Below, piece by piece: positions 15,040 to 20,124 of a DNA stretch of 20,124 nucleotides. Numbering within the stretch: position 1 is the stretch's first letter; each line of letters opens with the position of its first letter. The position numbers and the translations under genes are program-made. Below the pieces are notes generated by a model. It worked only from the letters and a program-made list of their open reading frames with translations. It ran no database searches and was not told the DNA's origin. This stretch comes from Planctomycetota bacterium (GTDB lineage: Bacteria; Planctomycetota; SZUA-567; H5-PLA8), in NCBI GenBank assembly GCA_045863855.1, contig BTVV01000115.1:1-20124 (forward strand). Direction: 5' to 3'.

Positions 15040-18000
15040 TTACTTCAGTTTAATCTTCCAGGCTCTCTGGGTGGCCAGCGTGCGGAAGATGCGCGTATAC
15101 GCGCTCGCGTTGTAAGTGAAATCGGTGGCGGTTGGCATGTCCCTAAGGTCGAGGCGGAAACCGACGAAGACATCGGCCAGCACGCCCAATTCTTCGGCGC
15201 CCTTGCCCAGCTTCGCCAGCGGCAGGCCAATGCCCGGAGCACCGTCCGGCACCTTGAGCAACTTCAGCGTAAAGTCGCCGGTGAGCCGATTGATCTTGAA
15301 ACTCGTCACGAGGTCGCCCTTGACACCCTTATAGGTGATCGTAGAGGTCGAAACGATCAGCCTCTTGGTTGCTAAGGCGGCAGCCAGATCCAACGGCCCC
15401 GAGTCGAACTCGCCCACTTGGAAGCGGAACGACTTGCCGGTCAGGTCCGCGGGCAGGCTGATCAAATCGGTGGTCGTCACCGTTCCGCCAGGCTGCATCA
15501 AGCGTCCGGCCAGCGTCACCGTATGGAACGAGTCGACCATCAGGGTGATCTTGTTGTTGACCGCGACTTCCGTAAAGGTGGCCGTCTTGAAAGTCAGGAA
15601 GCCGGTGTCTTCTTCTCCGGTGCCTTTGTCGAAGTAGTTCCCCACGCCGCTCTGGTCGGGGCGGCCCGTGTACAGCACCACCGCCGTCGAATTACCGAAG
15701 TCGCTGGCGCCGACATCCAGGCCGAACTGGATCCGGCGTTTGCGCGAAGGATTGACGTACGTGCCATCCTCGTCGGTGATCAAGAAGCGGTGATTGGATC
15801 CACTTAGCCGGCCTTTGGCGATCTGGAACGTGAACGCTCCGGTAATGGGGTTGAGATCGAAGAACATGCGGTCTTCCGCAAGGCCGTCACTAGAGAGAAA
15901 ATCGCCTTGGTGATCGATGAAGAAGGTGGCCGTGAAAGGGCCGTCCACGGGCGCGTTATCGAAGACCCCGTTCCCGGGAGTGAGCGCTAAGCTGCCCAGG
16001 CTTACGGTCACCGCCTGCCCGGCCAATTCGTCGGGCAGCAATTGCCGGTCGAGCACGCCTTGTATCAGCACGGTGTCGTTGGGCGTCGATTGCGAGAAAT
16101 CCAGCGTGAACTGAATTCGATTGAGCGCCATGTTGCCGTTGAAATTAGCGGTCTCGGCGGGGAAGCCGGCGGCATCGACCTGAACGTCTGGCCCAATCGG
16201 TTCGGTGCCCAAGCCCGATACGATAGGCAGCACGTCCAGGCTGAGGTAAGAGCCGTCCTTAAGCGAGATGGAGGAGAAGAGCTTGCCCGTCTTGGCAATC
16301 TTGCGCGATGCGGTCTCCGTACCCACCGGCACCAGTACGGTTCCCCCGTCGCCGTAAAAGAGGCGCTGCTCGTTCACACCCGCTAAGCCCGACGAACCCG
16401 CGAAATCGAAATCCACGGTCGCATTCTGCTTGATGAAGACCGGGTCGCCGCCGGGCGAACTGGTATCCAACCGCGCCACCAGATCGTCGGTGGCATCCGG
16501 GTCGCCCTTCGTGTTGATGTAGCGGCCATCCACGGACAAACCGATATTCGGGACGAAGGTTCCGGATTCCAGCCAGACGGCGAGGAATCGGCTGGTGTCG
16601 CCATCGGGAGCCGTATTGAAGAAATCGGGGATCGCTGCGGCTATGGGATTGCGCCGCGGCGTCGTGTCGGCGTCGTCGATTTGGAAGGGCTCCTGGTCCA
16701 AATCGGTTCCGTTCAGGAGCAGTCGCTTACCCAAAAAGTGGTAGGCGGTGGTCGACGTGCGGAAGCTGTGAATCATGAACCACATCGGCCCCGTACCGCC
16801 GGCCGGAAGGGCCACGTTGGCCCCGAAGAAGGCGGTGGGGTAGGCGTCCTCTAGGGTCAGGCCGCTGGGCGCCAAGCCGAAGTTGGTGAAGACTGTGCCG
16901 TCGGAAGGGGTCACAAACCCGTCGTCGCGTACCAAGTGCCGGAATATGTTGGTCTCGCCGCGCTGGTCGTGCGACGAAAGAATATGCCATGTGTCGGTGG
17001 CGTCGTCCCAGCCGACCCCGATCGGGGCGCCGAAGCCTAAATCCAGACGGTTGTCGTTGAAAACGCTAATGCCTTGGGGATCCAGCAAAGCCCCGTTGGC
17101 GCCGCTGTCCTCGATTCGGATCACGCGCGTCTGCACCGGGCGCTCGTTGCTTTCGCGGAAGGTCAGAAGCGCCGTGTCGGCGGGGCCGGCAGTCAGGAAG
17201 AAGCCGTACTGATTGCGCACGGGTACGCTCGGGCCGGGGATGAGTTGAGGCGTCGAAGCCGTCCCGGCGTTCGTATCCACGAAGACGTACTTCATTTGTG
17301 TTCCAGTGCCGACCCGATCGTGGAAGACCACCACGTAGCGGTCCGGACCGATGGACGTGATCAGCGGAAGCTCGTTGGCAATCTTACCGCTGGTGATCGC
17401 GACGCCGATAAGCACCTGGGGATCGTCCACATCGCCGAAGTCGCGAATGCTCCCATTTTCTTCGATCACCGAACCGACAATGACATTCAGGGAAATGTCG
17501 ATCCAGATGGCCAGGAATTCGTCGCCGTCGCTGGCAACTTGGGTGCGCTGTGGGGCGATTCCCAAGGGCACTTCTCCGAACGCGGGTAATGTGAGTTGAA
17601 CTTCATTGGCCGAAACGCTGCCCCGCGAAATGACTTTCCCGCGCATGACGGGGACTTTGCGGTTGGCCAAGTCGTTGTACATGATGAACGCATGCGTATC
17701 AGTCGCCGCGATGCCGGGGCTCGTCGGGTCGGTGTCGCCCACGTTCGAAATCACGAACTGGTTCCCATCGAGGACAATGATCGGATCGATCGTCACCGGG
17801 TACGCCGCATCGGCCAGCCAGCGTCCGTCCAAGGCATAGGCGATCCGGTTTTCCGCGGCTTCCCATGTCGGTTCGACCGTGATTTCCTGTCCGCCGGCAT
17901 CGCGAGCGAGCATGCGGCCCACACGCATCGCCAGACTGCCCGTGCGGTCCTGGAAGTACACGCCGCCCGAGGCTTCCGCCGCCGGCCGCGCCAACAAGCC

Positions 18001-18573
18001 CGGCGTATCCAGCTTGGCCTGGAAGGTCAGATCGCCCGAGCCCGGCGGAAGTGCTGGAAGGTCCCACAGCACTTCGACGCCGTCAGGCAGCAAGCGCAGG
18101 CGCTCGGCCATATGCGCGCCGCGCTCGAAGCGCACTTCGCGTTCTCCCGCAGCCAGCTTGATCTCCGTGGCGGGCTTGGAATCGGTAACGGAATACAGAG
18201 CCGCTTCGCCGTGCCGAATCGACTCGAGCGTCCAGACGATCCCGCGCGCCTCCGTCGCCGGAACCGTGTTCGCGTGATCCATGCGGCTGTAGACCGCGAC
18301 GCTGCGGTCGCCCTGTACCTCGACCGAGCGCTTGGCGTTTTCCGACTTAAAAGTGCCTGCCTCCGTCTGCTCAAACCGTCCCACCGCTTGCGCGCGAGCT
18401 TTCACCGCGACGGGCTGGACTTGGCTGGGCGATGCAGAAGCTTCGAGGAGCGGTTGGGAAGGTGCTTTAGGTTCCAGACCAACCGTTTGGTCTGTTTGCG
18501 AGGCGTGCTCAATAGCCACCCAGCCCCCTAACCCAAGCAGGACGAGTGCAAGACCTAGATTGAACTTCCGCAT
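15040..18573 (-). CDS. Large secreted/surface protein: N-terminal beta domain ending in YPVTIDP, propeller-like repeats, degenerate PKD domain and tandem C-terminal domain
   Basis: ATG 18573 with AGGGAGG SD. N-terminal hydrophobic signal/anchor MRKFNLGLALVLLGLGGWVAI. 'WLADAAYPVTIDP' at about 17800. Blade-like repeats (VASDGDEFLAIW, DRYVVVF, SRFLAVW). PKD-like 'TVDFDFAGSSG...FYGDG' at about 16482-16214. No catalytic motif seen. Confidence 0.8.
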   Translation of the reverse strand: MRKFNLGLALVLLGLGGWVAIEHASQTDQTVGLEPKAPSQPLLEASASPSQVQPVAVKARAQAVGRFEQTEAGTFKSENAKRSVEVQGDRSVAVYSRMDHANTVPATEARGIVWTLESIRHGEAALYSVTDSKPATEIKLAAGEREVRFERGAHMAERLRLLPDGVEVLWDLPALPPGSGDLTFQAKLDTPGLLARPAAEASGGVYFQDRTGSLAMRVGRMLARDAGGQEITVEPTWEAAENRIAYALDGRWLADAAYPVTIDPIIVLDGNQFVISNVGDTDPTSPGIAATDTHAFIMYNDLANRKVPVMRGKVISRGSVSANEVQLTLPAFGEVPLGIAPQRTQVASDGDEFLAIWIDISLNVIVGSVIEENGSIRDFGDVDDPQVLIGVAITSGKIANELPLITSIGPDRYVVVFHDRVGTGTQMKYVFVDTNAGTASTPQLIPGPSVPVRNQYGFFLTAGPADTALLTFRESNERPVQTRVIRIEDSGANGALLDPQGISVFNDNRLDLGFGAPIGVGWDDATDTWHILSSHDQRGETNIFRHLVRDDGFVTPSDGTVFTNFGLAPSGLTLEDAYPTAFFGANVALPAGGTGPMWFMIHSFRTSTTAYHFLGKRLLLNGTDLDQEPFQIDDADTTPRRNPIAAAIPDFFNTAPDGDTSRFLAVWLESGTFVPNIGLSVDGRYINTKGDPDATDDLVARLDTSSPGGDPVFIKQNATVDFDFAGSSGLAGVNEQRLFYGDGGTVLVPVGTETASRKIAKTGKLFSSISLKDGSYLSLDVLPIVSGLGTEPIGPDVQVDAAGFPAETANFNGNMALNRIQFTLDFSQSTPNDTVLIQGVLDRQLLPDELAGQAVTVSLGSLALTPGNGVFDNAPVDGPFTATFFIDHQGDFLSSDGLAEDRMFFDLNPITGAFTFQIAKGRLSGSNHRFLITDEDGTYVNPSRKRRIQFGLDVGASDFGNSTAVVLYTGRPDQSGVGNYFDKGTGEEDTGFLTFKTATFTEVAVNNKITLMVDSFHTVTLAGRLMQPGGTVTTTDLISLPADLTGKSFRFQVGEFDSGPLDLAAALATKRLIVSTSTITYKGVKGDLVTSFKINRLTGDFTLKLLKVPDGAPGIGLPLAKLGKGAEELGVLADVFVGFRLDLRDMPTATDFTYNASAYTRIFRTLATQRAWKIKLK

Positions 18574-18661
18574 GTCAACAGCCTCCCTTTGGTGCAACCA
18601 TGCCCCGCGCTACGCCCCTGAGTACGCCTTTGACTTGGTCCTGACTGAACGAAGAAGGGTG

Positions 18662-18690
18662 ATCTTAGTGCACTTGTGGGTGTACTTCAA
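18662..18690 (-). promoter_or_regulatory. Sigma70-like promoter for the large surface protein gene
   Basis: Minus strand TTGAAG (18690-18685), N17, TAAGAT (18667-18662), about 88 nt upstream of the ATG. Confidence 0.6.
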
Positions 18691-18705
18691 CTTTTCGGAT
18701 GCATA

Positions 18706-19626
18706 TTATTGGGGGGGCGGTTCTATTCCGAGAAGTCCTTGATTTTCATCTACTTGTCCATAGTACGCGCAAGTGCGTAACGCGGTTCGAGACCGCACTT
18801 TGGCGGCCATGGCATCAATTTCTTGGGCGCTGAGGCTGGATACGATTCCATATGCCGGTGGGCGCGCTACGGTATAGATTTGCACAAGGTGAATTTGTGC
18901 GCCGCCAGCCAGCAGCGTTTCCAGGCGGCCGAGGTAGGCCTCGAATTCTTCGGCGCTGGGACCCGCGCCACGGAGCCGCATAAAGCAGCTCTGGATCACC
19001 AGCGAGCGTTCTTGACCGCAGGCCAGGATATTAGCCAGGACTCGCTCGAAAGGGAAATCGGTACCGTCCACCAAGCGGAAGTAGTCGGCGGTGCCGGCGT
19101 CGAGCTTGGCCCAGACTTCGCCACGGTGGGCGTCGAGATATCGCAGCCCTTCCTTTACGTCGGGCCGGTCGAGCCCCGTCGCGTTGGTGATCAGGACCAC
19201 CTTTGAGGCATCGAAGCCCAGTTCTTCTTTGATGGCGGTGCAGGCTTTCACGATCTGGCTGAAGTTCTTAAAGGTCGTGGGCTCGCCGTCTCCGCTAAAC
19301 GCCATATCGGTGACGATACGCTTTTCCTGGGGCAGGCCGGCGAATTCCGGCTCGCTCCAGAGGGCGCTTGCGGGCCGCAGGCCGCCCAGGACGGCGCGCA
19401 GTTCGGCTTCGAGCTTCGGCTGTCCGACGAAGAACTCGGCCGGAGCCTTGGAACGGTCCACCTGGCAGTAGATGCAGTCGAAGTTGCAGGCCTTGTCCGG
19501 GTTCAGATTGATGCCGACGGAAATTCCGCCGCTGCGCCGCGAGAGCACCGGGTAAACGTAGGTGAACGCGCGAAAAGTACGCGGGTGCGCGGATTCGCTG
19601 AGGGTGCGGTCTAGCGGGGGCTCCAT
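18706..19626 (-). CDS. Radical SAM protein (COG0731/Tyw1-like Fe-S oxidoreductase group), function unknown
   Basis: 'YVYPVLSRRSGGISVGINLNPDKACNFDCIYCQV' (CxxxCxxC), FSGDGEPT, LITNAT, WAKLDAGT, VQIYTVARPP. Start chosen at ATG 19626 because AAAGGA lies upstream; alternative ATGs at 19656/19659. Confidence 0.85.
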   Translation of the reverse strand: MEPPLDRTLSESAHPRTFRAFTYVYPVLSRRSGGISVGINLNPDKACNFDCIYCQVDRSKAPAEFFVGQPKLEAELRAVLGGLRPASALWSEPEFAGLPQEKRIVTDMAFSGDGEPTTFKNFSQIVKACTAIKEELGFDASKVVLITNATGLDRPDVKEGLRYLDAHRGEVWAKLDAGTADYFRLVDGTDFPFERVLANILACGQERSLVIQSCFMRLRGAGPSAEEFEAYLGRLETLLAGGAQIHLVQIYTVARPPAYGIVSSLSAQEIDAMAAKVRSRTALRTCAYYGQVDENQGLLGIEPPPQ

Positions 19627-19677
19627 CGGGCGGCCGTTCCTTTCCACGAACTTCATCATAACATGCACGCCCGCGCG

Positions 19678-19705
19678 TTGCCGTTCGCGAACGGTTTGCT
19701 ATACC
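19678..19705 (+). promoter_or_regulatory. Promoter candidate for the GH88-like gene with an embedded 14 bp palindrome
   Basis: TTGCCG-N16-TATACC with extended -10 TG. Perfect palindrome CCGTTCGCGAACGG at 19681-19694. Confidence 0.45.
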
Positions 19706-19737
19706 GGTACTCGATTGCCCACACCCAAGGAGTCTCC

Positions 19738-20124
19738 ATGCGCATCGAAACCGCATTGCGTCCCAAGGATCTGCGTCCCCATCTGAAACGATTCTTCGAG
19801 CTGAGCGGCAGGAAGATTCTGGATCTTCAGAAGACGTGGGATCCTGCGAACGGCACCCCCGTGTTTACGGTCCGCGGCCGTTACACCACTCGCGGCTGGA
19901 CCGAATGGACCCAAGGCTTCCAGTACGGCTGCCAGTTGCTCCAATTCGAGGCCACAGGGGAGAAACGCTTTTACGAACTGGGGCTCAAGAACACCATCGA
20001 GCGCATGGCCGAACACGTCAGCCATATCGGCGTGCACGACCACGGCTTCAACAACGTGAGCACCTACGGGAACATCCGGCGCTTCATGAATACCGGCCGC
20101 GTGAAGGAGAATGCCGACCTTCGC
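19738..20124 (+). CDS. Glycoside hydrolase family 88-like protein (unsaturated glucuronyl hydrolase-like), 3'-truncated by the window edge
   Basis: Not in the ORF track because no stop falls inside the window. AAGGAG SD and ATG 19738. Hand translation: MRIETALRPKDLRPHLKRFFELSGRKIL...GTPVFTVRGRYTTRGWTEWTQGFQYG...HVSHIGVHDHGFNNVSTYGN, which fits the GH88 'WTxGF' and 'HDxGF' motifs. Confidence 0.82.
   Translation, partial: MRIETALRPKDLRPHLKRFFELSGRKILDLQKTWDPANGTPVFTVRGRYTTRGWTEWTQGFQYGCQLLQFEATGEKRFYELGLKNTIERMAEHVSHIGVHDHGFNNVSTYGNIRRFMNTGRVKENADLR

Noticed and set aside
18706..19626. Radical SAM protein as a RiPP maturase or a true wyosine synthase
   Set aside because: There is no SPASM/twitch Cys cluster and no adjacent precursor peptide. 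The resemblance to Tyw1 is only at family level.
15040..19626. Horizontally acquired island, suggested by the somewhat more AT-rich look of the large surface genes and the radical SAM gene
   Set aside because: I did not quantify the composition. There is no integrase, tRNA or flanking direct repeat, and amino acid composition could explain the shift.

Overview
GC-rich bacterial chromosomal window with about 15 protein-coding genes. A Planctomycetota/PVC-like origin is inferred from gene content and protein style, not proven. In order: the 3' part of a GH9 glycoside hydrolase; a translationally coupled minus-strand trio (Ada-type Zn-site lipoprotein, PpiC/SurA-like PPIase, class I/II aminotransferase); a lone bioA-like gene; a small, very basic stand-alone protein; a ~1090 aa secreted metzincin protease; a nucleoredoxin/tryparedoxin-like lipoprotein; two PhyH-family dioxygenases flanking an AraC regulator; a DUF3352-like exported protein; a ~1180 aa secreted surface protein; a radical SAM protein; and the 5' part of a GH88-like hydrolase that the ORF track missed. 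The most striking observation is that the two large secreted proteins, about 6 kb apart and unrelated in their N-terminal parts, end in a homologous ~335-365 aa beta-rich C-terminal region made of two tandem repeats. I do not recognise it as a named family, and it is a candidate lineage-specific sorting or surface-anchoring module. Also seen: a 149 bp inverted-repeat element, several intrinsic terminators and several sigma70-like promoters. No rRNA, tRNA, CRISPR array or transposase was seen. All family calls come from motif recognition by eye.
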